A DNA stretch of 60,937 bases, counting the filler, from Sphacelaria rigidula (taxonomy: Eukaryota), in assembly GCA_964200075.2 (NCBI GenBank). It is 7 parts of 7 records of this genome, joined end to end, with 100 filler letters (N's around TTAATTAATTAA, not from the genome) between each part and the next. Parts side by side here need not be neighbours in the genome. Positions count along the whole stretch, not along the records: positions 26,162 to 34,780 come from CAXNAA020010584.1; positions 34,881 to 43,499 come from CAXNAA020010585.1; 5 more parts are not named here. One strand, 5' to 3'. Shown here piece by piece: positions 26,162 to 37,857 of this stretch. The notes under the pieces were generated by a model that was not told the origin of the DNA, did not search any database, and saw only the letters and a program-made list of their open reading frames with translations. Every line of letters begins with the position of its first letter. Position 1 is the stretch's first letter. The position numbers and the translations under genes were made by a program.

Positions 26162-26841
26162 ATCGGGTTGCCTCCCCCCCGTCGTTTAAGCAGGCAGAGC
26201 TCAAGAGTCTTCTTGCTAGGACGCGAAGAAGCATGATACCCCCCCCCCCCCCCCCCCCGCGCGCGCGCGTGTGCTCTCAAAACCATGTTGAGCATGGGTG
26301 CCCCCCAAGCGGTGTGGTATGACCAGCGAGTGCAATAACGCGTCTGGGGAGGGGTGCCTTGTGTTACCGGTTGGTCGTCGCAAGGATTGGTTGACAGTCA
26401 CACCTAACAAGCACACACACACACACTACATCCAGCAAAAAGAAGAGTAGGAAGTAGGGTCTAAGCAAATCATTCCCACCTGAGTATATGACGTGGAACG
26501 CTTTCCGGTTTCGGAGAAAAGTCCCTATTTCCGCTGCCGCCCTACAGCAGCAACATTATAGACAGTAGCACCGGAGTTTTGTTTCCCCTGTCAACGTGAA
26601 CTTCATTGACGATGAGTATCCAACCAATGCGGACCGCTTCTGATACCTTTTTTTCTATTCATTAAAACCTTGGGAACTTCGTCATCGCGCCGTGGAAACA
26701 AAAAATGGGGTTCCGAAACTGTCGAGTAACCCCATGAAGAAAGTACCAGGGAGGAGTTTTGGAGCTGACCCTGACTCTTGAAAACGCCTCCCTTACCTAT
26801 CTGCCCTCTTCCCCGATATACCGTACAATATTCGTCTCAAG

Positions 26842-26947
26842 AGAGCGTTGAGTAATGTGGGAACGCTGGAAGGCGTCATCCCAGAGCCGTCTGGAGGTTC
26901 GTATTTGGACGACGATGAGAAGCGCGCGGACAAGGCGCCATGTGACG
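26842..26947 (+). CDS. GCN2: eIF2-alpha kinase (GCN2-like), candidate upstream exon RALSNVGTLEGVIPEPSGGSYLDDDEKRADKAPCD
   Basis: Pyrimidine-rich tract then AAG acceptor; GTAAG donor; phase-1 end matches the next exon at 28599. Confidence 0.55.
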
Positions 26948-28598
26948 GTAAGCGTCGAAACATGCTAGTTTGAGTGATGGGTTGACTGGTTGGTTAGCTC
27001 GTTGGTTATGTTTTTGTTTTTTTTGCTCTTCATCCGTCGGATTCTCAACGCCTCCCCTTCCTTGGAACGAGCCCGCGGTGTCCGTGGATCAACCCTTGTA
27101 TTTCTCCCCCTTTGGTACTGCTATGCACGCCTTGCATTTTGATATCGCGGATTGGATCATGTCCAACACTCACGCACCGCACCGTGTCGACTTTCGTCAT
27201 TTTTTTTTTCTTCTTGTCATTCACGTCCTCCCGTTTTCAACGACGAAAATCAGACGCTTCTCGGAAAAAGATACATCGATTGCGTCTGCCGCGGAGCAAA
27301 CCGGCATTCTTGCGACCTGATTGGTGTCAGTTGTACCGGTAGTATTGTTCCACCGGGGAGCGTTAGATGTTCGGTTGGTTGGTTGTTCGGTTGATTGTTA
27401 CGTTGATTGATCAGCTAGTTGGTCGATTGGTCGTCTGGTTGGTGGGTCGATTGGTCGGTCGTTCGATCGGTTGTTTGGTTGATTTTTTGGTCGATCGGCC
27501 GCTCAGTTGGTTGATATATTGGCTGGTTGGTTGGTCGGTCGGTTGGTGATGTGTTGGTTGATCGATTGGTTGATGGGTGGATTAGTGGGCTTAAATAATC
27601 TGACCCACTGCGAATCCAGCCGTGGTTGCCCGTAATAGACGTACCCCAAGGCAAAACAAACGCAAAAAGTACGGGCTACAAGAAACTCGAGTAGAAAACA
27701 TGACGGAATCCAGAAGAAATAATGAGCAAAATAAAACACTTGGCATGGTAGATGCTGTAAGCGTTCGGTTTAGAAGCGTTTTTTTTTTGTGCGTGCGTGC
27801 GTGTGTTTTACCAAGTTAGCCCTTTTGAAACCCATTGACGATTTCGGCATCAGTTTTAGTCATTTTAAAGTCAAAATGATGCTCTTTCACAAAAACAAAA
27901 ATCGTCAACGGGTTCCCAAAGGGTCAAGACACCCAGTACCTCTCAAATCGCGACCCCAGGCGTCAATTTCGGCGCTTTAACTCTTTGACCGCGACGGATT
28001 CAGGATCTTTACTACAGGAGCCACCGTCAGACAAAACTGCTACAGAAAGTTGTTCTTTGGTATACATGCACCCAGATACTATACCCCTTCGACAGCAGGA
28101 GAAGGGGAGGAGCGAGAAGCTCGTACATGAATTTTCAAGCAACGTTTTTGAGTACAAATGTCGTTATGATCAGGAACCAAGATCCGACATCTGGATCATG
28201 ACTGATGGCCTGAAAATTTTGGTGATGTCGCGGGTTGGATCAATATCCCCTCACCGCATCGACTTTCGCCCAACGAAGTATGTTACACAGGATATGGTAA
28301 CTTCCATACGTTGAAAACCACCCCCTGAATACTACCTCTCGAGTGATGATTTTGTTTTTGGGCAACATACTGTCATCTATAGGTCTGTGTAGGAAACGCG
28401 TATTATAATACACCTCCTCCCCCAAATAGCCCCCGTGGGTGACGTTGAATACCACCCCCTTGAGTATTCTCCTTTGCAATAAGATGTTGGACTCCCCGAG
28501 AACATCACTCGCGGGCGTTGGTATTGTGCTGCGTTAGATGCTCCCACCCTTGATCTTATCCGAGTATGTGTCTCTCTTGGTCCGTCGGCCGTATCCAG

Positions 28599-28813
28599 CA
28601 GTCATTCCGAATAATGAAGACGAGGAAGACTCTAGCGAATCCGATGATGATGTTTGGATGCAACAGGCAGGAGAGAGGGAGGGTGTGCCACCGAGTTTTG
28701 CAGGTGGAACAGGCGTGTTCTCCCGCGGAGTACGAGAGCCCACGAGCTGGTACCGATCACAGTTCAAAGAACTGGAGAACCTCGGGAAAGGCGGTTTCGG
28801 AACAGTCGTCAAG
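28599..28813 (+). CDS. GCN2: eIF2-alpha kinase (GCN2-like) exon: acidic linker plus kinase subdomain I (SWYRSQFKELENLGKGGFGTVVK)
   Basis: CAG acceptor and AAG|GTAC donor; Gly-rich loop LGKGGFG preceded by the Y..F.EL pattern typical of eIF2-alpha kinases. Confidence 0.9.
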
Positions 28814-29045
28814 GTACGTTGTATCTACCATTGTCATGTGTCGTTACAGTATCCATTGTTCCGGTTTTTTTTTTGTCTTGTCTTGATGTTTTTTTCTTCT
28901 CTTCACCCATTTTTCTTCACCCAGTCAGTCCAGTTTTTTCCTTCATCTTCGTTTTCTCCCCTTTTCTCAAGTTTTCTTCTCACGAGTGTGGTTATTTTCC
29001 CTTTGGGGTACGGTGGGGGTCCCATCATGATGCGGTCCTCTAAAG

Positions 29046-29195
29046 TGTGGGGTCCCCCAACGGTGCGGGGTCCCACTCCAGGGCGGGGTTCCACTACAGT
29101 GCGGGGTCACACTACGTTGCGAGGTTCCACTACAGTGGGGGCTGGCTCACTACAGCGCGGGGTCCCACAACAGTGCGAGGTCCCACTACAGTGTG
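29046..29195. repeat. Minisatellite of about 18-bp units (GCGGGGTCCCACTACAGT)
   Basis: About eight degenerate units; accounts for the TTVRG repeats in the 28538-29200 ORF tail. Confidence 0.8.
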
Positions 29196-29624
29196 GTTGA
29201 AATCACGTGTCACAAGTCCAATCCTCTTATACTAATTTCAAGCACTCGCTCGCACGGTACCATTGTAGTGCGGGGTCCCGGTATAGTGCGGTCATGCAGG
29301 GCTGGCAACACACCGCACCATGCTAGGACCCCTACTATTGCTGTACCCTGTACAGTCTGGTTCAGGTGAATGCCCAAACTTTATTCCCCACAAGATACCG
29401 AACGCAAAACTGACTCGATATAAAGATACCTGGTATCATAGTGACCCCCACGAGTAAGCGAAGAGTGTGACATGGCCAGATTTTTTATCGCGTCCTTTGC
29501 TGAAGCGCTAGCAGTGAAAATATTTCTCGGTCAATCAGGGGCCTTCGGACTGTTCTGAACTTGAAAATGCAAACTCCGGACACAATTTGTACGCAATCTC
29601 GTGATGAATGACACCTTACAAGAG

Positions 29625-30790
29625 CAGGTTGAGTAGATTATGTACTTTTGAGTACCCGAGAAAAATACCCGAGTATTTACTCTACACAAATTTTGAGTAG
29701 ATCGTGTTCGACCTCCGATACTCTACTCAAATGTTGAGTAAGCACGCTCAGTAATACTTGAGTATATAGAGTATCACTTGGGTATGACTTCAATACTCTA
29801 CTCAAATGTTGAGTAGATTGTGAGTATGGTCTCAAATACTCCACTCAAAATTCAAGTAGATTGAGTACGGCCTAAAATGCTCTACTCAAAATTTGAGGAG
29901 ATCGAGTACAACCTCCAATACTCTGCTCAAATATAGAGTAAGCGCTCAAAGTAATACTCGAGTATGGAGTATCACTTGGGTACGATGAGTAACCGTGACC
30001 GTCGGCAACTTCTTGACTTCACTTCACAGATTAGGTTGAATACATGGGCGAACGATGGCCATCAATAAGATGGGGTGACGTCACGTCAAGGGCTACAACG
30101 AGTATGAGCGAATGATGACCATGAAAAAACAAAAAAAGCGTGAAGGTGAATGAAGCTATCTGCCCCAGCTCACCTCCCCCCACCGATGACAGTACATACT
30201 TGGTACTTAGGACGTGGAACGGTGGTGGCACGACATGAGGATGAGGGGCGAGACACTACTCAAATTTTGAGTAGATTGAGTACGATCTCCAATACTTTAC
30301 TCAATTTTTTACTAGGTTGAGTACGGCCTCAAATACTCTTCCCAAATTTTGGGCAGATTGAGTACGGCCTCAAACACTTCACTCAAATTTTGAGTAGATC
30401 GAGTACCACCTCAAATACTCGACTCAAATATTGAGTAAGCACTCCAAGTAATACCTGAGTAAAGAGTATCACTTTGGTATGACCTCAAAACTCTACTCAA
30501 TTTTTGGGTAGATTGCACACCCTGGACAAAAGAATACACCGTCAAAAAGTGTACTGCGTACAGTATCGACTCTTGCGCCTATTGCAATAGACAATAGATG
30601 CCGTGCTGTACGCAGTAACTTTTTTTACAATATAATCTATTGTCCAGGGTGTGGTAGATTGAGTATGACCTCAAATACCCCACTCAAATTTTGGGTAGAT
30701 GGAGTATGACCTCAAATACTCTATTCAAGATTCGAGTGTTAAATTATGACTTCGAAAATTCCGAGTTTTGAGTATACTCCATTCGACCTG
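29625..30790. repeat. Interrupted minisatellite of 41-bp hairpin units (TACTCTACTCAAATTTTGAGTAGATTGAGTACGGCCTCAAA)
   Basis: Repeated palindromic unit in a kinase intron; broken by non-repeat DNA at about 29995-30255 and by the MITE at 30516-30653. Confidence 0.85.
30516..30653. mobile_element. hAT-type MITE, 138 bp
   Basis: TIR CACACCCTGGACAA / TTGTCCAGGGTGTG; exact 8-bp TSD GTAGATTG. Confidence 0.88.
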
Positions 30791-30989
30791 CACTTGAAAC
30801 TTCAGTAATCGTCATCAGCTAGGGAGCTGGGGCATCTAATACGAAAACAAGATTTCAAACGGTTTGTATGGGATCGAGGTATATCCCAAACCGTGGTATT
30901 TGTGTGATCTAGCGTTCTGGCGTCGTCGGATTTCCACTGATTATATGAATCAAAGACCCGGTAAGCCTTGTGGCTGCTTTCCCTGTGTC

Positions 30990-31625
30990 CATCCGTACCA
31001 GGTAGTATCCCAGGTACTCTGGGGTACCCAGTCATTTCGGCAGTGGGTACCCCGGGTATCCGAGTATTTCAGTAGTTGTACTCAATTCATACCAGGAACT
31101 ACCCTAGGTTCTCTAGGGTGCTTAGTGCTTCGCAGTCTGTACCTCGGGCGCCCGAATATTTGAGTATTTGTACTCATTCCGTACCAGGTAGTACACCAGG
31201 TACTCTGGGGTACTCGCTCCCTTCAGTAGTCGGTACCACGGGTATTCGAGTATTTCAGTATTTGAAGTCAGCCCACACCAGGTAGTAGCCAAGATACTCT
31301 AGTTTGCTTGGAAGTTTCGGCAGTCTGCACCTTGTGTACCCGAGTTTTCAGTACTTGCACTCAGTCCGTACCAGGTAGTACCCCAGGTAGTCTGCGGTAC
31401 TCAATCCTTCGGCAGTGGGTACCACGCGTATCCGAGTATTTCAGTACTTGTTCTTAGTCCATATCAGGTAGTATCCCAGGTACTCTGGGATGCTTCGTGC
31501 TTTCGGCAGTCTGTACCTCGGGTACCCGAGTATTTGAGTACTTATACTCAGTCCACATCAGGTAGTACCCTGGTTGCTCTGGGGTTCTCAGTCCCCTCGG
31601 CAGTCGGTGCCCAGAACTTGCTCGG
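30990..31625. repeat. Tandem array of about seven 92-94 bp units
   Basis: A(C/T)CAGG anchors at 30997, 31091, 31183, 31277, 31370, 31463 and 31557. Confidence 0.85.
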
Positions 31626-31879
31626 TACATACCGTGTAATTGATATTTCCCGCAGTCAATACTCTACATACCGTGGAGTACTCACTGGGCACTCTGAATA
31701 CCCTCAAAATACAGGATATCCCACGCTACGTACCCTACCACCTGCACCGTTGGACTATTTCATGGTTCTGGCTATAAAAAATTCACAAATGAGGAGATGA
31801 CCCTCCATACCCCTCAGTGCGTGAAGCCGTTTCTGTTTTTGTATATGCCTATGTGCATGTTTCTATTCGTGTGCGCAAG

Positions 31880-32013
31880 GTTCGAAATCGCGTGGATCGA
31901 CGCCTGTACGCGGTCAAGAAGGTCGGTCTGGATCCGTTCGACCGAGAGACAAACCGCAAGATCAGAAGGGAGGTCACCACGATCTCCACCCTCATCCACA
32001 AGAACATCGTCAG
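31880..32013 (+). CDS. GCN2: eIF2-alpha kinase (GCN2-like) exon, subdomains II-IV (VRNRVDRRLYAVKKV...IRREVTTISTLIHKNIVR)
   Basis: YAVKK catalytic Lys, REV alphaC Glu and H.NIVR; splice phases 0 and 2 fit both neighbours. Confidence 0.92.
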
Positions 32014-33556
32014 GTATTTTGTGTTACGCTAGATGGGTAACAGAAAAAGACCTTCATGTTTTATCATGTGCACACCAACATCGCCGCGCCCCGGTGGTCT
32101 GAATGAAAATGACACACGCGAGACCGTTACGTTTGGATTTTTTTTCAGAGGATCTGATTTCCACAGTTGTAGGCGTGAGGACGTGAGTGGTAATGATGAT
32201 GTTTTTTGGCTGAGGTTGTATGACGAAAGTCGACGAAGTGCGGGAGTGTTCGGTCATGATCCAATGCGCGAGACTGAATGCAAGGCTTGTACTGTAATAG
32301 GAGAGAGGGATGGGCTGATCCCTTGAGGCCCCCGACTCGTCCCGACGAAGGGTAGGTGTTGAAGACGTGACTAGAACAAAGAAACAACTGTTCAAATGAA
32401 ATATACATGTTGCACACAAGAGGTTTCACCCCAGGCCGCTGGAGGGAAGAACTATGCAGGCAAAAGCTTGAAAACGTAAATCACCGGTCGATCAAATGAT
32501 ACTCGGAAGCTATCTGACAATGCTACACGAGCAAGGCATCAACTTTCCGCGGTATGTTTCAGAGTTTGTTATACCATGTATGAACGTTTATTTTCGAGCA
32601 GCATGGTATTAGCACTTCCGCAGTCTTTCCGCTTTTTATCGAGTTGTTACAGACACCTACGTATCGTTCCAGCGTGTTTTGGCACGACGGACACCGAAAA
32701 GAATGTAAAAAGGAAGGAAAAAACGTTTTTCTTTCGAGATTCGAATCCGCAATATCCACCCGAATTGGCGTTGATGTACAGGGTTGTCTGTCCCCGCTTG
32801 AAGGCGGTCCTTTTAAAACCGGGGTCCCACTTTGATGCGGCCCCTTATTGAGGCGAGCCCGACTTCCAGGGTGTCCGTTCTAAAGCAGAGCCACACAATG
32901 AGGCGATTTTTTTCAAGGGAGGGCCTCATTTTAACGCAGTCATTTCTAAGGGAGGGCGCCACGTTAAGGCTATTTCTTGTTGAAGGGAGCCCCACTTCAG
33001 GATAGAGCATCCCACTCGGCCCTCCTTGAAGGCGGTGGGAATCGGCGTACATCAATACTTTTCCCGTGGGTAGGTAGGTAGGTAGGTAGATGGATAAGTC
33101 GGGCTCGATTCACTTCAAGGCTGAGTCGCACCTGGGGAGGTTCACTTTTTGCCCACTCTGTACTGCCGTAAAGTAGGGACCCCACTGCACTAGTTTGACC
33201 ATCAGGAGGGGGCGTGCATTTGTTGCTTGCCTTCGTCGTTTGACCATTGACCACGCACCCCTTTCGTGTGTACTGCAAACAGTATCGAGTATTGCGTATA
33301 TTTGCCATAGGCGCAATATTCGATACTGTTTGCAGTCCACCTTTTTGCCAATGTGATACAATGGACGCAATATTCGATACTGCACGCATTACACTTTTTG
33401 CCAATGTCGTCTGTTTGTCCACGGTGTTTACAATTTGTGGAATCCAATAATCTCGCGTAGCTCTGCGATTATCTCCAGCGGCAGGACAGAGTTGACGTTA
33501 GTGAACGTTGTGTGTGTTTGCGGGCGACCTGTATTTTCGTGTTCGCGTGCCGACAG

Positions 33557-33651
33557 GTACTATCAAGCATGGCTGGAAGGAGGCGGGGGCGCGTATCCGG
33601 CGGCGGTGGAGGAGGAGCACAGCGATGAACTACCCGAGGAAGACAATGACG
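33557..33651 (+). CDS. GCN2: eIF2-alpha kinase (GCN2-like) exon (YYQAWLE plus start of acidic kinase insert)
   Basis: Completes IVRYYQAWLE, typical of eIF2-alpha kinases; CAG acceptor and GTGAG donor. The rest of the gene is beyond the contig end. Confidence 0.9.
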
Positions 33652-34233
33652 GTGAGGGTATTTGTTGGTAACTATGAGTCGCTAGTCAGGGCCATGCTCC
33701 TGGTTTCTGCCTGGGGCGTTAAAAGCTCTGTGCGTCGATCGTAGAATCACCATAGAAAATGCTTGTACTGCACTAGTAAAATTGATTGGTTGCAGCGCAA
33801 GAAGTGACTGGTCCGCTACGAATCATAATCCAGTCGTGGTGACGGTGACGAGATGGACGTACGTATCGACGCTTCATAAGACGGGAACGCTCGCTGCAGG
33901 AAACTCGAGAAAGGGGATACCATGAAGAGAAATCAGGGACAGGGGAATGTGAAGCAAGACATGAGAAAACAATGATAAGAATAAGAACAAGAACAAAGAA
34001 ATAGGAAAAGGCAAACAAGAAACTAGAATGAGAAGCGAAGAACAGAAACAAAAGCAAGGACAGAGCAAAAGAGAAAGATGAGAAAAAATCAACGAAAGTA
34101 GATGAAAGGGAAGGGAAGGGAAGAAAACGGGAGGAAAGAAGGAAATCAAACAAACAAGGACAACGCGAACATGGATGTAGTGCCGGCCTCGAAAAAGAGA
34201 ACGACTATCACGAAAGGCTTCGACAGTTGTGTA

Positions 34234-34780
34234 CTTCCTCTGTTTCATAAGTCTGGGCACTTATGGACGTTTCATCGTTCGCACATTCAAACCCTTCTGA
34301 TCATCCTATAGTTGGGTACGTTGGAAAGATGAAGCGCCGACGAAGCTGATGCAAGAAAAAAAGAAGAAAAAAAAGTTCGTGATCCATACCAAAATGACGT
34401 CAAAATATGCCAATTTTGGCCCATTTTTGGTCCACGTATACCCCAATATTGAACAATTTTGGACGTTTTTACGTCAAACACTTGCGATTAAATGTTGAAA
34501 ATAAGTTTGATGGGGCGTGCGTAGGTTAACGTCACGGAGATATCCAAAACCACTGGTTCTTTTGCGATTTTCACGTTTTTCATGTTTTTTCGCGATTTTT
34601 CGTGTTCCCGGATCCCCCATGCTTACTGGGGAAAAGAGCGAAAAGTTGCCGTTTTTTTGGCCGACCTACTTTTTCTCGACCGCGAGACTGCACGCGTCGA
34701 GCACCCACATTGTAGAAAGAGTGTTGTTTCTAGCTCAAAAAACGCCAACGAATACAATAAAAAAATTAAAAATCAAATCG
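34234..34780. mobile_element. Second copy of the Stowaway-like MITE, inverted and cut by the contig end
   Basis: TA|CTTCCTCTGTTTCATAAGTCTG terminus; internal homology to 11590-11860 in reverse orientation. Confidence 0.82.
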
Positions 34781-34880
34781 NNNNNNNNNNNNNNNNNNNN
34801 NNNNNNNNNNNNNNNNNNNNNNNNTTAATTAATTAANNNNNNNNNNNNNNNNNNNNNNNNNNNNNNNNNNNNNNNNNNNN
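34781..34880. other. Artificial contig linker
   Basis: Same 100-bp linker; contig 4 is 26162-34780. Confidence 0.97.
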
Positions 34881-35768
34881 GAGCGAGGACACACAAAGGA
34901 CACGGGCGAGGAGCTTCCTCTCTGTCGTCGCTCCTCTCTCTGGTGATATCGTCATCGAGACGCGTGTACACCGCATTCGTTGGGTGCACCTAGCCCGAAC
35001 TGCCCAACTCCTCCTGCGGAGCTTTGAGAGGAAAGACTTCCCTTCTGTGTTACTGTTTTGTATTTTCCCAAGGAAAACGATTTGCGGGTTGAACTTTATT
35101 TTATAGTTTAAGCCCAAAAATTACGACCCGCTGTTATTTGGCTGTTGCACTCCGTTGCGCAGGTGTTGAACGTACAAAAAGTGCATTTTGTATGTTGAGA
35201 AGTATCTCGTCTCGGATGACAGGGGCGATGAGTCACGAATGCTCTGGAATGTGACGTTCACCGACGTTTCCGGTTTCGTGCCGATGAAGAGTCAAGAGAC
35301 TTGTTTTGGGTGAAGATTTGAGAATTTGGCGCTAGCTATCGCTTTGTAACTCGAAGTGGTGTAAGTAGCGTGATTGCATGTTCATGATGGACGATATTTT
35401 CTTGGGATCTCTTGCGAGTTGTTCGGAAGTGGGGCAAGCTTTTATGGGGCTGTTGTTGAAAGCAGCGGAAGAGATTACTATTCTTTGCGGAAAACGACGG
35501 TTCTATCAGGTACCAATGACGTCTGACTTTGTCAAGCTCTGATGTAACTACTTGTTGGTAGTAGAGAGTTTTGGGTGTGCTGTAGACTCTAGCCACCATT
35601 GTTGCCTAAGGTAGGGGACATTGGGTAGGTGGAGTTGCGGGTCTGATTGCCGGACTCTGTGATGGGTGACCTCCATGACGAGAGAGCCCGGTTTTGCTAC
35701 TCTGGTGGAGAGAGGCTATGGTCCTGCTTTCATGTACTATGCTGAGGGTTAATACATGAATAACTAAA

Positions 35769-36211
35769 AACACGGGATCTTACAAATTGGGGATGGATCA
35801 TTTATTGGGGATGAGAAACCCGGAGGATTAAAATCTTTGTATCCACACGAAATCTTCGAAATACGGTTCCATTTCTTCACCTTCTGATAGCTATTGACAC
35901 CTGCTACACGTCAAACAAATTTGGATCTCGATCATCGAAATTTTGGGGTCCCAGGTGAAAAACAAATTCGGAACCATTTGGGCGTCCGTTCGGACACCCG
36001 AAATTCCCCAAAAGTGGTTCTTCACCTAGGACCCCAAAATTTCGATGATCGAAATCCAAATTTGTTTGGCGTGTAGCAGGTGTCAATAGCTATCAGTAGG
36101 TGAAGAAATGGAACCGTCTTTCGAAGATTTCGTGTGGATACGAAGATTTTAATTCTCCGGGTTTCTCATCCCCAATAGAAGATCCATCCCCAATTTGTAA
36201 GATCCCGTGTT
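35769..36211. mobile_element. Foldback MITE family A, copy 2 (443 bp)
   Basis: Arms of about 200 bp; TAAA duplicated on both sides. Confidence 0.92.
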
Positions 36212-36760
36212 TAAAGCTGCTGAAGTCCATGTGCCCGTGATGGGAGGAGTCCACATGGCGATCTGATCTTGAGTAACACAAGTCTATATGGTGGAGTCAC
36301 TTGGGGTGGTTGCTTCTTGAAAAAGCAGGTGATGATTTTCGTGTGTTGTGCTGATTGCCCTTGCTGATGATAATATTCTGTATCGCGTCTCCTGCCCTCG
36401 ATTCTCCTGGAATGTTTATTCGCCCCGCTCAATCGCCCCGCTTTTCACGTAGGCAGGTGAGGTAGCTAGTCCCTGCCGCAGTACTGATGCACCTCTTTTC
36501 TTGACTTCAAGCACTTTTCTGATGTACCCTTTCTCCTCTCGTGTCTTTGTAACTTCGATGTCGGAGCTGCCCGGGTGCGATATCTCGGGCTGCTGCTGCT
36601 GTTGCTGCTGCTGCTGTTGGTGGTGGTGCGACTGCTGCTCATGCTGGTGATGGTAGCGATGGGGCTGCGACTGCTGGTGATGCCGATGATGGCGACGATG
36701 GGGCTCCTGTTGATGCTGATGTTGGCTACCGTGGGGATGATGATGATCGCGGTTCTTCTG

Positions 36761-37772
36761 TCATGAAGTTGTCAGTCTTTTTGTCGTAGAAGATGGAAGA
36801 ACGTTTGTTCCTTTACCCCTGTCGTAAGTTCCGCGCCTGCTGCTGTCTGCGGTTGTAGAATTGACCCGCCTGTTCCTTTCACGGGTTTTCAAATTCAGTT
36901 TGTTATCCGTACTGATGCATGCAGTTGTAGGCTTGACCCATGAAGATCTAGATCTACTGTAGTCTCGACTCTTGCTCATTTTCCCGGCTGAACGGCTCAC
37001 AGTTTTGACTTTTCTGCCGACTGCTGTCGAAGGCGGTTCTGCGATCTTGACAGTTCCTGTAGGTTTGATGTTCGGCGGAGACAGTACGGCTGACAATGCA
37101 GTGCCCACCCTCATACATTCTCCGGACGATACCTCAGCTGTGAGTGTTGACTCGATGCTCTTGTTCAAGGTTTTCGGATTTTGAGCAACCTGTATGTTCA
37201 TGTAGTGTAACACTCCACCGCAGTTGCTAATCAGAGTTTTCAAATCTCCGAGGCCTACGTGGGAATCACCCGAAAAGACGGTTGACGCCCCTATTGTTAC
37301 TGCCTCTACTGGAGAGAACAGATATCTTCCCAGACCTGGAACAATCACGGTAGGAAGCTGACCAAAGCGCTGGATTCCTTCAGAATCAGTAATGATGGTG
37401 CTAATAATAATGCCTCTTCCCGTACCCTGTAGGAGATGATGTCCAGCAGTAAGAATGCTCATTGGTGGATCGAGCTTCACGTAATTGACCGTCTCACGTT
37501 CGATGTTCGGCAATAGCTGTTTATCCAAAAAATGCCTCCTGGAGCCACTGTCCACTGCCATCTTGAAGAAATTTTCGTCGGGTGTACAATGGTTGGCAGT
37601 GACATGCGAACCTGAAAAGAAGGAAAGTCCGATACGTTTTGATGGTGGGTAGGTATCGGTCGCAGGTGCAGCTGAAGATGTTGAAGTTTGTTGGTGATGG
37701 TTGTTCAATGGCACGGTTGTGAAAGCTGGATCGGCGATGGCAGTATTAGCTTGGCGGTGATGTCCATCGAAG

Positions 37773-37857
<85 letters not shown>

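Noticed and set aside
28814-29200. C-terminal part of the 220-aa ORF 28538-29200
   Set aside because: Intron read-through: a T-rich tract and an 18-bp minisatellite follow the donor at 28814.
29625-31625. CRISPR-like array
   Set aside because: Linkers are short and mutually similar rather than unique spacers, no cas genes are present, and the context is a eukaryotic intron.
36215-36420. Copia RNase H remnant
   Set aside because: Only a faint TQDQIA similarity in a broken frame; not supportable.
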